Positions 27,410 through 41,534 of a DNA stretch of 64,000 nt are shown here, piece by piece. The number at the start of each line of letters is the position of its first letter. Position 1 is the stretch's first letter. The notes beneath the pieces are model-generated. The model saw only the letters and a list, made by a program, of their open reading frames with translations. It did not search any database and had not been told where the DNA came from. Source of the stretch: Camelus ferus (lineage: Eukaryota). The stretch is taken from the NCBI RefSeq assembly GCF_009834535.1, contig NC_045697.1, positions 88,848,001-88,912,000 on the forward strand, read 5' to 3'. The position numbers were made by a program, and so were the translations under genes.

Positions 27410-28350
27410 TTTTGTCGGAAAATATTTACGGAGCGGTCTCTGCCAGGTATTCTTCTAGAAACTGGAGATACTGTGGAAAAAATGACAGTCTCTGTCCTCA
27501 TAGAAGTTACATTCTAGTCAGAAAGAGAGACAAAATGTAATACATAGACCAGGAGTTACATGAGATGCTATGGGGTTAAACAGAGCAGTTAAAGTGGCTA
27601 GAAAGTAAGGAACTAGAGGCATTGTTTTTAATAGTCTAGTCAGGACAGTGAAATGTGAAGATTTGGGTAAGCAGCAGTTGCTGGCAGATGAAACGGGCTG
27701 GAGGCAGGGATCAAGTTGGCTACATCCAAAGACAAGCAAGCGGGCCTGGATGGCTGGCCCCGAGTACAGGAGAGGAAGAGTCTTGGAAGATAAGGTGGGC
27801 CGAGGCTGGATCATGTGAACATTTCAGGCCAGGGCAAGGAGCTCTCATTTTATTTAAAGAGTAAGGTGAAGCCTTGTTAAGACGTGGGACAGGGGAGTGA
27901 CGGGAGACTTTGGAAAGGTCTGGTTTCGTGGCAGTGGTGACTACAACAGGAATAGAAGTGGTGACTAAAAGGCCTCACCAGCAGTCCCGGAGAGACATGA
28001 TCGTGTTTGACATTGGGAGACAGTGTGAGGCGCTGTGAAGGAGCTAAACATTGTATCCATTTTGAAGGTTGAGCCAGTAGAACTGGATGATGGAATTGGA
28101 GGTGTAGGAAATTAGGCAAAGGGACAAATCAAGTGTGAGTTCTAGAATACTGGCCTGAGAAATTTGGAGATGGGGAAAGAAAAGATTTTTAGGGTGAATT
28201 ATCATTAATTATTTTTTGGATATATTGTATTTTAGATAGTACGATGTCTCCACTGGAGATGCCAGGTAGATAGATGTTAAAGTTTAGGTCTCAGGGAAGA
28301 TGTCTGAGTAAAGATACAACTTGGGAAGTCATATTTTAGATGATATTCAT
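27410..28350 (-). mobile_element. L2 LINE fragment
   Basis: aatatttacggagc...tgccaggtattcttctag...ctggagatac...gtctctgtcctcatagaagttacattctagt (reverse-complement L2 3' end), followed by a purine-rich L2 body (tgtatccattttgaaggttgagccagtagaact...). Confidence 0.75.
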
Positions 28351-28354
28351 TCTG

Positions 28355-28530
28355 TGCATACTGAGTGCTTGTACGTACCCGAATTTGTACTATACGGTCA
28401 TCTCATCTAATCTCACAACAGCCTTGTAAATTAGATACTATTATCCCAATATTATGGACTAAAGGAAAAACAAAGATAAAACTGAGTATTAGAGAAGGTA
28501 AGCAACTTGACTTGGACTGGCAGTCAAGTC
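28355..28530 (-). mobile_element. MIR SINE
   Basis: tcatctcatctaatctcacaacagccttgtaaattagatactattatcccaatattat...aaactgagtattagagaaggtaagcaacttg. Confidence 0.7.
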
Positions 28531-30437
28531 AACAGGCAGCTGTTAATCAGTGAAAACAGCATTTGAAGCCACTGAACCTGATCGAGGAGACCATTTCTTA
28601 AACATTACTCACTGTTTCCTACATATTAGTTCATCTGCCACAATATGTTTTATGTAAACCGTGTTTATAAGAGTTGCTTCTCTTTGGATTAAATATTATT
28701 TTATATTAAAAAGAACGTTGGTTTTTGCAAGGAAAAAGGAAACAACTTGTGGTTCTCTGTGATTAAAACAGCTCGTAAAATAAGACTATGAATTTGAAAT
28801 CAAAGGATTGCTGTTTTCATAAAATCAGGAAATGATTTGGGTTTTATAAAGGGTTTATAAAGTATAGTGCAAAGCGAATGTTAAATATTATACTAATAAT
28901 ATGCACATACAATGAGTCAGTATTTGCACTTAATTTAGGGATGGAATATTAATCTGTGCACATATTAAATATATTCTCTTTACTTATCTGTTTTCAGTCT
29001 AATATACTAAAGGGATATAAAGATAATCTGGCAATAGATTTGGCCCAAAAGTTTAGTTATGAACTGCCTATGTGTCAGCAGAATTAATAGATCTGAGGGG
29101 AAAAGTTCAGTTATTAGCATTTCTAATTAAGGGCATTTATCATCTGACTGAAAGAGGAGAATAAACCTCATTCTTATGCAGGGATTGGAAATTACTTTTT
29201 AATAGAGGGAAACACGATGCTTTTATAAAAGTTAATCCTAAAAATCTAAAAGGGCTAATCACCATGCTTTATTTTCTTGGTGAGGCTATAATGACATTTT
29301 GAATTCATACTATCACATTGTTCAGTTGAGAGGGTCACTGCATTGCAAATGTTTCTGCAGTCAAAAGAGAGGTCAGAAGTGTGGAATATGGCATTTTACA
29401 TCTAAAGAGAGTTGTTTTTGAAATGTCCCAGGAAGACTGCATTTTGTCAGTATCATTTGTGGGAAAGGAAAATGTTGAAGAAGAGCTTGCCTTGTCTGTT
29501 ACGATGAACATGCTTAATGATGAAAATTGCTTGAAAACTTTCCGTAAGGCACCAGTGAATCCATCAATTAAATTCTGCCAGGGTTATCTTCAATTACCAG
29601 AAATCACTTGCATTTAACTTAATTATACATTTCAGTTGAAGGCAGTTTCGTTTATTTCCATTGAGGTGTTTGTCTTAGATGAGAATTTTGTTTCCAAAGT
29701 TGATAGTTGGTGATTGTTTCATTTCCTCTTATTTCTAGCAAGACTTTGTACCATACCTGTTAGTGACGTAAGTACTATTATAAATCATTTACTTAAATAA
29801 TTTCCTTTAAATCAGCTTCTTCTTAGGAAAAAATTTCCTATGTAGAATTTCATTTGTATATTCACAGGATAAAAATACAAAAAAAAAGATGATTTTGCTT
29901 CCAAAGTTCCATTAAACAAGTGCTAGAATTGGCGTTATTACATAAGAGCCACAATTAACTGCATAGAATTAAAATTTGATAAAATAATTTCAGTCAACTT
30001 TTCATTTACTGAATTTAACCTGTAAATCTGAGTAGACAAAGGAAACCCAACTTTGAAATGGACACAAACTATTTGAAATATTAAAGAAAATGTTTATACT
30101 ACCTAAAGGACAAATGTTAAATACAGTAGAAATTAACATAGGCTTGTTACAAGGACTTTTTTTTTTCCTTTTCAAAAGTCCTCTAATTTTATCTTGTTAA
30201 AACTTAATCATTGGTGTAACTTATTTTGATAATTATTCTGTAAATATATAACTTGGTATTTTCACTAAGTAGGTAGGAGGCAGGTTACATTTAGAATTTG
30301 GTGACTGCTTCTGGTATTTCAGAGTTTCAACATGTGTTGAGAGGATTTTTTTTGAAATGTTGTCCAAAAAGTAATTCCTCATGACATGCTTTGTGTGTGG
30401 GATAATATATTTAATTTACACTATATTTTATTTTGTA

Positions 30438-30535
30438 AATTTTAAAAAATTGTGGTAAAATATATATAACATAAAGTTTACCATTCTAGCCGTTCTTAAA
30501 TGTACAGTTCAGTGGCATTAAGTACATTCACATCA
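30438..30535 (-). mobile_element. Old L1M (L1MB-like) 3' end fragment
   Basis: aattgtggtaaaatatatataacataaagtttaccatt...aaatgtacagttcagtggcattaagtacattcaca. Confidence 0.8.
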
Positions 30536-33500
30536 CTCTTCAGTCTCTTTTTCCTAACATTATTAAGTAATTTCTTTAGTTTTGCTTGTCAGTTCTATTC
30601 AGTAGGAAGATATATTAAGAAATACAATATTTTTGATAAAGATTCCTGCAGAAATGATTTAAAAATAACATGTTACTTAAGTGTGTATATACCTAGTTTA
30701 TATAAACATATTTGTAGAACTAATTAGCAGTAACATAAAATGAAAATTTTAAGGCAAAATCTGTTGGTCATATTTGAACTATTACATGCTTATTTGCTTC
30801 ATATATTTTCTGGATTCAAATTTAAATCTAACCACATACTTAAATGTTAATATTGAATTGGTGAGTTCAATACATTTTTAGAGGATGGCTTACTTAGTGT
30901 GAGAAATATGTGTTTACTTCATGGGTAAAAAGAAGCTAATACTTTATTACAACAAACACACAGCCAGTCAGGGGACCCATTCACCAAATGTTTGATGTCA
31001 GGAATGAAATCGGCTTTGTTGCAAAGCAACAGATTTCAGTTAAGCAAAAATTCTATTGGGCTGAATAGTTTTTCATGTTTCAGTAAAGTATGTTTAATTT
31101 ATAGGGGCTAACATTAAAAACGTAAAATGCCTGCAGTTTGAACTTTAGATATTTAGACTCATTCATTACACTTTTTAAAGTATTTTTTGATAGACCAGTT
31201 GCCTGGAAGTTTTTTCTTTTTAAAATCTTAAAGTTTCCTTGAACTTCATTTTTATATATTTTGACCTTTTTTGAGCCACCATTGTTAAAAGGCAGTGCCA
31301 GTTTAATCATTTCCCAAACTGAAGAGTACAAAATAGGACTTAGACAAAGCTTGGAACTACCCACAGTATAATGGGCTATCAGAAGATTAAGCTGTGAATA
31401 GTGTGTATGTGTGTATGTCTGTGTTATGTGTGTGTGAGCTACGTTTTTGCATACTTTTAAAAATGCTTTTAAGAATCATATGTATTTTTTACTATTTGCT
31501 CTAAAAATTTCAGAAGGCTCTATCAATTTATCATGTTTATTTTACATTTATATATGTACATACATCTATCACACATCCACAGATGTACAACATATACAGT
31601 ACATATAATTTTACAAAATGAAATTTGAGGTTCCTTTTATCATCTGACTTTTAATTATATTTCCAATGTCCACTGTATCCTCCTCACCTTTACAAGTATA
31701 CATTTCTGAGATCTTGACCTTTTATATATTTGTTTCGTCAGCCCTTTTCATTGGCTCACTGTCCTCTACCAGGAGTCTGGGTCATTTCATCCTACCTTTC
31801 TTTGCTGTTTGCATCTGGTTCTCATAAACCAATTCCAGAGGAACTGAGTAATCTTGCCCTATTATGCCACTACCTATGTAATTCATCATTATCAGGTCTA
31901 TCCAAGCTAAACACTGGCCCCTAGGATTCTGATTCTTCTCATGGGATTCAGGATTAATTGGGACCCTCTGTTTATAAGTAGTAGACTATCTCTAAAACTT
32001 TGACCTTTGTCTGTGGTCCTGTTCTCTGCCCCTAGCCCTAGGCTAAGGCCTGTATTCCCAGATGCATATTTCTAGAAGTGTCCCGCTCTTTGAAGTTCCA
32101 GCCATGTAGTCACTAGACCAGATTTCCATGTATAGAATCAAAGGAGAAGTCAACACACATTGAGAACAAGGCCTGTTGGCATGCATGATGGGTTTATATA
32201 AAGATGGATTAAGGCATTATCCCTTCTCTCAGCTTATAACTTAACGGCAGACATACACTGAAATAATATTGATGATGGTGACGATGATGATGATGATAAT
32301 AATAATATAGAGTTTCAATAAGAGTGGCATAGTTTTATCTGAGCCTAATGAACTGAGAAAATATATTTTTTAAGGGTTCAAAATTGGCTTTCTTTTGTCT
32401 GCTATGGCTGATTGTAAAAAACTTGCTTGAACTCTTTGAGTCTAAAGCTTTTTATTAAATAAAAATTAAACAGTTATATGTACTCCATGAATCTATATTA
32501 TGAGTAATACATATATAAGAGTCTCACACGTTTATATCTGGTATCAAATAAGTGTTCAATATCATATATGTGTTTATATGTATATGTGCATGTGTTTTTC
32601 AATTTATATATAAATATGCAGACTAAGTTTACACAGAATAATGAAGCCTTCAGCTTTTGACATACTAACTTTGAGGCTCTCTAGAGCAAGAGCAGACAGC
32701 AGAGTCAGTTGGATGTATCAGTTTAGAGCCAGCAGAAAGTTCTGGGCTGAAGATAAGGTAATAGTAAGCATGTAGCTCTTTACTTGATATATAACCAAAA
32801 AGCTATTGGAAAGCAGGAACGTAAGCACCAAGACCACTTCTTCTCATAGTTAAGAGGAAAGGTTCAAAAACGAGCGCACAAAAACAGAAGAGCAGCAACA
32901 ACAAAACATGGCTTCCTCACTTGAGAGGAAGTGCTAAGACCTGTGTGGGCCAAGGACTAGAGAACTCACGTCGTTCATCTTAGAAGAGGGACGTAGAAGT
33001 GAGACTCACTTAAAATCAGGGGGCATTCCTGTTTTTCCTCCCTTGATTTCATGTTTCTGCCTAAAGCTGAGAGGCAGGGACTTCTGGTGCTCAGGCTGTA
33101 GCGGACAAGTCTGAGGCCAGAGCAGGCTGTGCGGTGGGAAGCCCTACCCCCAAGGATAAAAGTGAAAAATATTGGGGGCAGAATTCAGGGCGAGTTAAAT
33201 CTCAGCAAAAGACTTATAACTGTAGAACAATGTCTTTATAAGGTTTCCTTGTAAAACTGGAAGAGATCAATGAGACCGTCATGCACATCCCTTGGGGCAA
33301 CTAGCAAGTGGGGCCGCTGGAGAGACTGTGCTTCATTCCGTCAGTTCTTGAAGAAAATAGGAGGCGAAGAAGCCCAAGTGCTTTTAAAGTGGGTTGTGGC
33401 TGCTAACAAGGAAAGAAGAGGGGACCCTGGGGATGGTTCTTGGCTTGAGAAATTGTCACATTTGGATGTGGGATTACCTACGGGGCCACTTCTCAAACCA

Positions 33501-34116
33501 GAACCATCTGCTGTTGCTGGTGTGCTTTTAAAATCTTGTGAAAAACTTAGATATTCTGTGGTGTGGAGACCATGAGATTGAACTTGCTGAATATTTTCCT
33601 GAGTAAACAATGTTTTTTGCTTACTAATTCAGAAAACACATCAGCAACAGTATTTATGTAGTTTATAGACACGGAAAGAAATCACATGTTCCTGACCAAA
33701 TGAGTTAGTCACCGTTACACGAGGTTTTCCATATGTGTGTCATCAGAATACCAAACACCAAACACCATAGAATGCCAAAGATAAAACCTGTCAGTTACTG
33801 AGTTATTTCTTAACAAGTTTAAACATTGTTGATTAGAAAGCATATTAGAAATATTCAGGTCTTCTTTAAAACTCTTGGTGCAAATTTTTAAATTTTGCAT
33901 TTTTAAATGTTCAGCTCAACATAGCTTCCACACAGCTGTGCAAGTTTTGAAAGCTAAGTGTCTCATATTGTAACTTAAGAAATCATTAAAAGGAAAGAAT
34001 GATTCAAAATATTTTCCTGAAAAAAATACCATATGGTTGACTTGAAAGTTTTGTGGGGGAACAAAAATCCTGGGAACTATGACACAGAAATCTGTAAGAT
34101 TAAACATGGGCCTTTC

Positions 34117-34268
34117 CTATTCAATATCTTGTAGTAACCTATAATGAAAAAGAAGATGAAAACAAATACATGTATGACTGAAGCATTGTGCTATAGACCA
34201 GAAATTGACACAACGTTGTAAACTGACTATACTTCAATAAAAAAAGAATGCACATTAAGAAAAAAAAT
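34117..34268 (+). mobile_element. L1 3' terminus with poly(A) signal and A-rich tail
   Basis: tattcaatatcttgtagtaacctataatgaaaaagaa...ccagaaattgacacaacgttgtaaactgactatacttcaataaaaaaa; similar to 37120-37265. Confidence 0.85.
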
Positions 34269-37024
34269 TCTGTGGCCAGCAGTGTATGAGTGCCGAATTA
34301 GATGCCATCCAGAAAATAAAGCTCTACCTAGGATACCTCTGCACAAAACAAACAAACAGACAAACAAATGTCAATTCCTCCCCCCCTTTTTTTTTTAAAA
34401 CACATACAACAGCAAAGAGTAACACAGAATACATTTTAACTCTGCACCAAGCAGTATTCTAAGCACATTACTACATTTCTCTCAATACCTCTTTTAGGGT
34501 AAGTTCTTCTCTTATTCTCATTTTGAATATGAGATTTGGTGAGTGGAGTATAATGTCAGTAAAAGAGACAAAAGAGCCCTTCCTGTCCTCCCATCCTTTG
34601 CCTCTGAGACCTGGATTTAGTTATCCCCTCTCTCAGTTCATTGAGTGTACACCCTCCTTCCCATGCACAGATATCCAGTTAATTTTTTTAATACAATCAG
34701 TGGAATATTGACACCATTCAGATCATTAACTTCCATTTCATCAAATTGTATATAATTAAACTTATATTCAAGAAATGTAGCCCCAACACTGGCCATCAGT
34801 AATACCCCAGAAAATACTGATTTTAGCCTTACATGCCCATTACGAGAAATTCAAAATCTGTGGCCAGACTGGTATCCCCAAATGCTCCACAAACTTAAAC
34901 TGGATAATAACTAGCATCGCTCCCAGATGGGCCTTTTTCTCCAGCTCCTGCCTCGTGCTGGTCCCTGGGATCAGCTTGTCCAGAGTCCCACTGCATCTTA
35001 CTGAGCATCACCTATCCAGCTGCTCACACCTTCTGGCTCCAGGCCAGCACTGAACAGCCCCACATCCCAGTCACAGCGATCACACCCCAGCTCCATTCCT
35101 CATTAGGTCTGTGGTCCTAAAAACATCACTTAGCCTTTCTACCCTTCAGCTTAATTACACATAAAGTCGAGATAACAGCTGTACTAACTTATGAAGAATA
35201 GATGAGACAATTTACGTGAACTTGTTAAACCAGTCCTTGAGTACCTAAAGACTCAATAAATATTCACTATTATCATTATTAATATGTTGAGTGAGATTTT
35301 TAAAGTATTATTCTGATGTGCTTCTACGGTGTCTATAAGACTTCCACATCTATTTTGGGTGTGAAATATTTGGGACATCATCCTACCATCATGTAAATGA
35401 CTAGAGAAAAGGCAGTTATGGTATTTTAATATTTATAGTTGATCATACAGAAAAGCAAAGAGTGAGGACTAATTTTCCTTTCTTTAATGTAAAATCAAAC
35501 ACCTAAAAACTAAGATGTCTACAAGTATGAATTTAAAAATATGTTAATGTAAGTAGAATGCTTAAAATGAATTATCTTACAGAGAAAGATGCATATGGCA
35601 ACAGATACCAGCTTGCAACCTAAATTCAGTTGCACAGGTTTCTGGGCGGTATCATGCCTTGTTACAGGGGCCGGTGCAACTGGTCATGCACGTTTTTCAT
35701 CAAACACAGGGTTTGAGTTTCCTTGTGCAGAGCACAAAAATAACAGATCACCAAAACCATTGCATTTCATAGTTTTCTGGTCTATTGATTTTGGTTCCTG
35801 TATCTTTGAGCATAAAAGCTGATTGGTACTATGCCTTCAGTAATGACAACCTAAGAATGCAGGAAAAAGTTTGAATGGTAGTAAGGAAATATTAGCAAAT
35901 CGCAAGATGATCACAAAAAATAATATTGAAAGGTTGTGAATCTCATATCCACTCTGTGATAGTAAAAAGGTACTTCATAAACATTTTGCAGAAAAACAAA
36001 TGAGTGAATGAATGAATGGCTTTATTTACAAAATGTTGACTACTAGAAGTAAGTAGAGTTTAAACGTCATATAATGGGAAATAATTTTATGGGACAAGAA
36101 GTATCTTAAACAGAAAGTGAGAGTATCCAGAACTTTATTTTATTGTAGGTAAACAGAGTTAAACAAATCTTCACTATTTCTATTTAGAGAAATTAAAGTT
36201 TGAAAAATGATTTTGAAAACACAACTAAAGGCAGATGATTTGCCATTTACTTGTAGGACAACCCGCAGAATCTAATCAAACGTGCCGTCTAACCTCCACC
36301 ACAAAGAGTCTGCTAACCTTGTGCAGTGCAGACAGTGTACTCCAAGGTTTAGTTAAATGCTGGATTTTCACTATATGTTGATAACGGAACTGGAACAGGA
36401 CATAAAGATGAATTATCTCACATGTATAAGAAATATTAAATAAATGCAACAAAAATGATCCCCAGTCAGCTCATCACTGTAACGTTTGCAGCAAGTAGGA
36501 GATTACAGTTTTGACAGTTCACTTGAAGCTTTCCTTTTTTTTTTTTTTCCTACAAACAAATTTTGGTTAGTACAGAAAAGGGGATTTAAAGTCCTCAAAA
36601 GCCCCGTTGAATTTTTTTGATAACAGCATTGATAGTCGCATCTAGGAGGGCAGTTTCTCCCTTTGCTGGGTCAGCGGGCCAGCGATTCTGGGCCCGGGGG
36701 TATTCTCCACATCTGGCGCGAGCTATTTTACTGTAATTTCAGAGAAACGAACAGTGCCTCTTTTGTGACATTTAAATGACATTGTTGTGTTCTACGTTGC
36801 CGGATCGGCACCCTTAAAATAGAACAAGAGGCTGACGTACTCCTTTTGTGCAGGTCACTAGGAAAGAGTTGAAATACTAGTTCCTAAATAAAACATTTTT
36901 TTTTTTTTGAGCAAAGCTAAAAATCATTCAATCACTTGTCTATGTGTTCACAAATTTTACTTTGGAATGTTTTCTAAATTCTCTTCAGTTGTTTTGCCTA
37001 CAGCTAGTTTTTAAATTTGCTATT

Positions 37025-37270
37025 AGGGATACATTTGGGAGTTGGAGATTTGCAAAGGTTAACCACTATATATAAAAATAGATAAAAAACAAATTTCTCC
37101 TGTATAACATAAGGAACTGTATTCAATATCTTATAACAACCTTTAATGGAAAAGAATATGAAAACTAATATATGTATATATATATATATATATATATTTG
37201 CATGCCTGGGACATTATGCTGTACATCAGAAACTGACACATTGTCACTGACTACACTTCAATTTCAAAAA
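37025..37270 (+). mobile_element. 5'-truncated L1 3'UTR insertion
   Basis: gggatacatttgggagttggagatttgc...ggaactgtattcaatatctt...tgctgtacatcagaaactgacacattgtcactgactacacttcaa; TSD aaatttgctatt (37013-37024) / aaaattgctatt (37267-37278). Confidence 0.85.
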
Positions 37271-37326
37271 TTGCTATTGTTTTTGTTATTTATGAACATG
37301 AAGACTTGATTTTCTTTTCCTTCTAG

Positions 37327-37507
37327 GATCCCCTGCCCTGACTGGAACTGGAACAATCAATGTCATAGTAGATGATGTCAATGACAACGTCCCCACTTTT
37401 GCCAGTAAAATGTACTTCACAACAATCCCTGAAGATTCACCAACTGGGACAGATGTTTTGTTGGTAAATGCCTCAGATGCTGATGCTTCAACAAATGCAG
37501 TTATCAG
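37327..37507 (+). CDS. FAT4: FAT4 coding exon (6th in window), 181 nt, phase 1-2 (not shown on + strand by the ORF track)
   Basis: ttttcttttccttctag| acceptor; manual translation (G)SPALTGTGTINVIVDDVNDNVPTFASKMYFTTIPEDSPTGTDVLLVNASDADASTNAVI; donor CAG|gtcagt; phases fit both neighbours. Confidence 0.95.
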
Positions 37508-37734
37508 GTCAGTACATTTTCCTTTTGAAATTTTGATTATTTTTCTCATTAAATGTTAGTCTTTGCACTACAGGCATATAATGCTTAATTTCATTAGAGG
37601 TTCCCTAATATGAACACATAGCCCCTCAGTTATTGCTGAATAATCAACTATGCCTAAAATGAGGATTGCAATAACAATGATTTTATTTATTGTTCTAAAA
37701 TTTCCTTATTTATTAATTTTATTTATATTTTTAT

Positions 37735-38170
37735 TATATCTCATTATTTCATAGATCAGAAATTAGCTCAAGGGTCAGTGGGAGATTCTTCTGTTTTATG
37801 TGGTTGACTAGTGTCTTTTAGTGGTATTTATGTGGACGGATGGTCTGGAGGGTCCAAGATGTCCTCTCTCACACACCTGTGCCTTGGTGGGAATGGTTGT
37901 AAGGTTAAGTTCAGTTGGACCCCTGTCTCTGATCTTGTGGTCCCAGGACTTCTCAGTGTGGTTCTTCAGCAGAGTAGTTGGACTTCTACATAGTATTTCG
38001 GGTTCTGAGGACCCCAGGTAAAAGCTGCTAATGCTCTTACAGACCTGGAAGTGGCATAGCATCACTTCCAAGTACTTTGTCGAAGCAGCCATGGTCAGTT
38101 CAGATTCACTGGGAGGAGAAATAGATATCATATCTCGATGGGAGGAGTGTCAAAGAGTTTTTAACCCACA
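37735..38170 (-). mobile_element. MaLR solo LTR (MLT1H-like)
   Basis: ggtctggagggtccaagatg...ggaagtggcatagcatcacttcca...cagattcactgggagg...tctcgatgggaggagtgtcaaagag...cccaca; recalled MLT1 motifs. Confidence 0.75.
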
Positions 38171-39029
38171 ATAACCCCAGTAAGAACGCTTGTACCTTCT
38201 AAGTTTAAAATAGTTTATTTTACTCTACTTAAATCCTTTCAAAGTTGGGGAGGACAGTATGGCACCTTATTCAGAGAGAGTGTGAAAGCAATTGGGTTGT
38301 AACATTTGGTTGATCTAGCTGTGTCTCCTTATTCTATACCAATTCCAAATTTTAGGGAATGAAGATTTCCAAATTTTCCAAAAAAAAAAAGTCTCAAAGA
38401 CATAAACATTTTTACCCCCTTACATCAGCCCTACCTTCTATACACTGATATTAGGTAAATTAGAGTGGGTTAGATGGCTATAAAAGTAATGGGTCAGAAG
38501 AGGGAATTTGAGAGCTCAGAGGAATTCTTGGTCAGGGGTGGCCTATGCATATTGATATAGTGATGATTTGGTTAATGATTTGTTTCATTTATTACTAATT
38601 CCCTATTTAAAAAGTCATTCTGGGAAACTGGCATTAATTAGTCTCTTCCTGCTGGCAGAGATCACTGAGTTGGGTAGGAGGACTCCAGGTATTTTTCAGC
38701 ATTCACTGAGTTGCTAGTAGGAATAACAGTGATGAACAAGACGAGGTTCCCACTTTCTTTGAGCCTGCCTTCTTTTTGATGTAGATAAATGACTATAAAC
38801 TAAATACAATCATTTGGAATTGGCAAAATTTCTGCCCATGGTCAGAGCTATATACCTGTTTGGGTCCCTGTGCTTGGTACCACCCAGGAAGAGAGAGGCA
38901 ACTTCAACTTAACTTTTTCCTGATATGAGCCTCAAAGGGCCAAGAAATACCACTTCAGTTTACTTGTCCTAAACGAAAGCACAGAAATTATGGGATCCAT
39001 GTCCTAAGAACTAGTCGTCAGTTTAATTT

Positions 39030-39260
39030 TAAGAGCACAGCGTTGGGAATCAGGCTGTGTAGAATTAAATCCTGATTCTACTATTACCAACTAATCACAG
39101 GGCAGGACTACTTATTTAACGTTTCCGGGCATCATTTTTCTTACCAATGGAATAGGTATACTACTGGTAAAACTGACGTTGTAGAGTTATTATGAGGAAA
39201 AATTAGATACTTAGGTGAGCTAGTTAGAATAAAGCCTAGAACAACAACAAAATGCTCAAC
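39030..39260 (+). mobile_element. MIR SINE
   Basis: taagagcacagcgttgggaatcaggctg...aaatcctgattctacta...ttatttaac...catcatttttctt...gagttattatgagg. Confidence 0.65.
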
Positions 39261-41481
39261 TCCCACCAACTCATGCTGTCCTGATCCATGCAAAGCCCTT
39301 TGCCCTCTTCCTGTTAGTACTCAGTAAGTTTCTAATAATCATTTTGGAAGAGATGTCCTGTCCACTGGAGTGTTATAATATAATAAAATCTCTGTCTTCC
39401 ATGCAGAGGAGTCTTCCTCTAAACACAGCATGTAGAATATTGCCAGTCAGTAGCAGGACGTATGTACTCTCATCTGAGATGTCTTTACTCCTGCATGTGA
39501 AGCTGCAGGATCACAAGATTGATCCGTCCCTCCAGATGTTAGAATGAAATGCCATGCTGGTGTTTTCTCCTAGTGCATGTTGGAGTTTTACTGCTCAATG
39601 TTCTCCTATGTTCGTGAGCAAAAGTGATCAATGTAAAGTTAGTCTGTGTTCACATTTTCAGAATGCTTCACAGGGTTGTACTTGTAGATCTGATGAGCTT
39701 GTTTTGATTTGATAGTATGTATTTTGGTAGTTTGGTTGACTGGTTGGATTTTCTTCTTCCTTTAATATCAGAGAATTAATTTCATACTTTTACAATTCTT
39801 GGAATCTCTGAAACCAGTCTGTGAAAAGTCTTCAAATGACTGCTGTCATATAGTCAGCTAAAACAAAAACTGACGTGATTTTTATCTTGTAAAAATATTA
39901 TCTTCACTTTTAAATTAACCTAGGCAATTATTACAACTTAAATAAAAAATATTTTCACAGAATAATAAGTAATTATGCCAACCTAAACTTTATTTACTCT
40001 GGCCTGATATGTTTTTAATGGAATATATATTTTAGATGTTAATCACTCCTTCCTATTCATGGAACCTCATTTTCTTCTCTGGTTAACAGAGCTATTGTGT
40101 ATCGATTTTTCTATTGCCTGCGTAAGTATTGCACGTATAAGATGCTTACCCAACTACTGATGGGCTCTTGTATAGCACAGCCCTTTATGTGACATAATTT
40201 TCCCATATGGTCTAACATGATCTTTTGCACAGCAGCTACCCAACAAATATTTATTTATATTTTTCTTTCTACCCAACTTATCAAGTTAAACGTTTTTATG
40301 GATGGTGTACAAATTTTGAGTTTTATACTTCCCATCACTTTTAGTGTTTTCCTCTCTGGTAAACCAGCCTGCATTGATTCCTAGTCTTTATCTGATTTAT
40401 ATCTTTGCTTCCCAAATACCCATTTCAGAATTTAGCTTTTGTATTCCTTTTTTCTCCCAACTGGTAAAATCTCCATGCAAATCTCACTTTTAATTCCTTT
40501 GTGTCATAACAGTGGGGAAAGTCACATGACTATATTGACAGGGCCAACTTTCAAAGGTAAATCCCTTACTCTGTGCTCTTAATCCCACCCCATTCAATTT
40601 TATTCAGATTTTTAATTCAACGAGTACTGCATTTCTCTCTGGATCTTCAAGTAATCTCTCTTCTCTGGATCATATCCTTGTCCCTACAGAAATGCTCTGA
40701 ATATCTGGCACTGAGTTCTGGTTCCTTTACTTGCTTACATGACTTAGAAAAATCATGTTAGTGTCTCTAAGCCTCAGTATGTCCATCAGTAAAAGTGGAG
40801 TTAAGAATGGCTACTTTTCAATTTGTGAATTAAATACATGTTGACCACCTACTATGTGCCAAGTAGTGTATATGGAACCAGTTAATATGCGTAAATGTCT
40901 CTAACACTTTATTGGGACATGAAAGTCACTAAATTTATGTTAGTTTTTTTCTTTTTGTCATCCTAATGTCTATTTTATTCCTAATATATTCGTCCTTGAA
41001 AAATGTCTGTAGCATAATAATGACTGGCACCTAAATAAGTGTACTAAATTAATGATTCTAGTGTTCTTTAGCATTGCCATTTTTGCTCACAGCATTTTAC
41101 ACCACATTCTTGAGAGGGTGAGTTACTACCTCAAAGTTTTTTCTGGGCATTTATTCATGAAAATCTCTCAATCAAATTTTCTCTTCTATTGCTTTGCCAA
41201 AAAAGACTATCCAAAGGTTCTGCTGAAATTTATCAAGTCTGGTGATTGCTGAGTCTTTATTCTCCTTTACCTTTTGTAATATTTGCACCACAGGTCATCC
41301 TTTCCTCTTGGCATATTTTTTTCTCCTCAACACCTGTGTAAATGTTATTTCTTACTTCTTGCCCTGCGTCTCTGACAACATCTTCCAATTTGCCTTCTAT
41401 ATCCCCTCTTTCTCTCTCATCAAAGTAATTTGGACATTCCCCACACCATGTGTCTCAATCCTTTCTTTCCTTTCTTTATTC

Positions 41482-41484
<3 letters not shown>

Positions 41485-41520
<36 letters not shown>

Positions 41521-41534
41521 AGAGAGAGAGAGAG
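41485..41534. repeat. Compound (TG)17-(AG)7 microsatellite
   Basis: Read directly. Confidence 0.95.
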
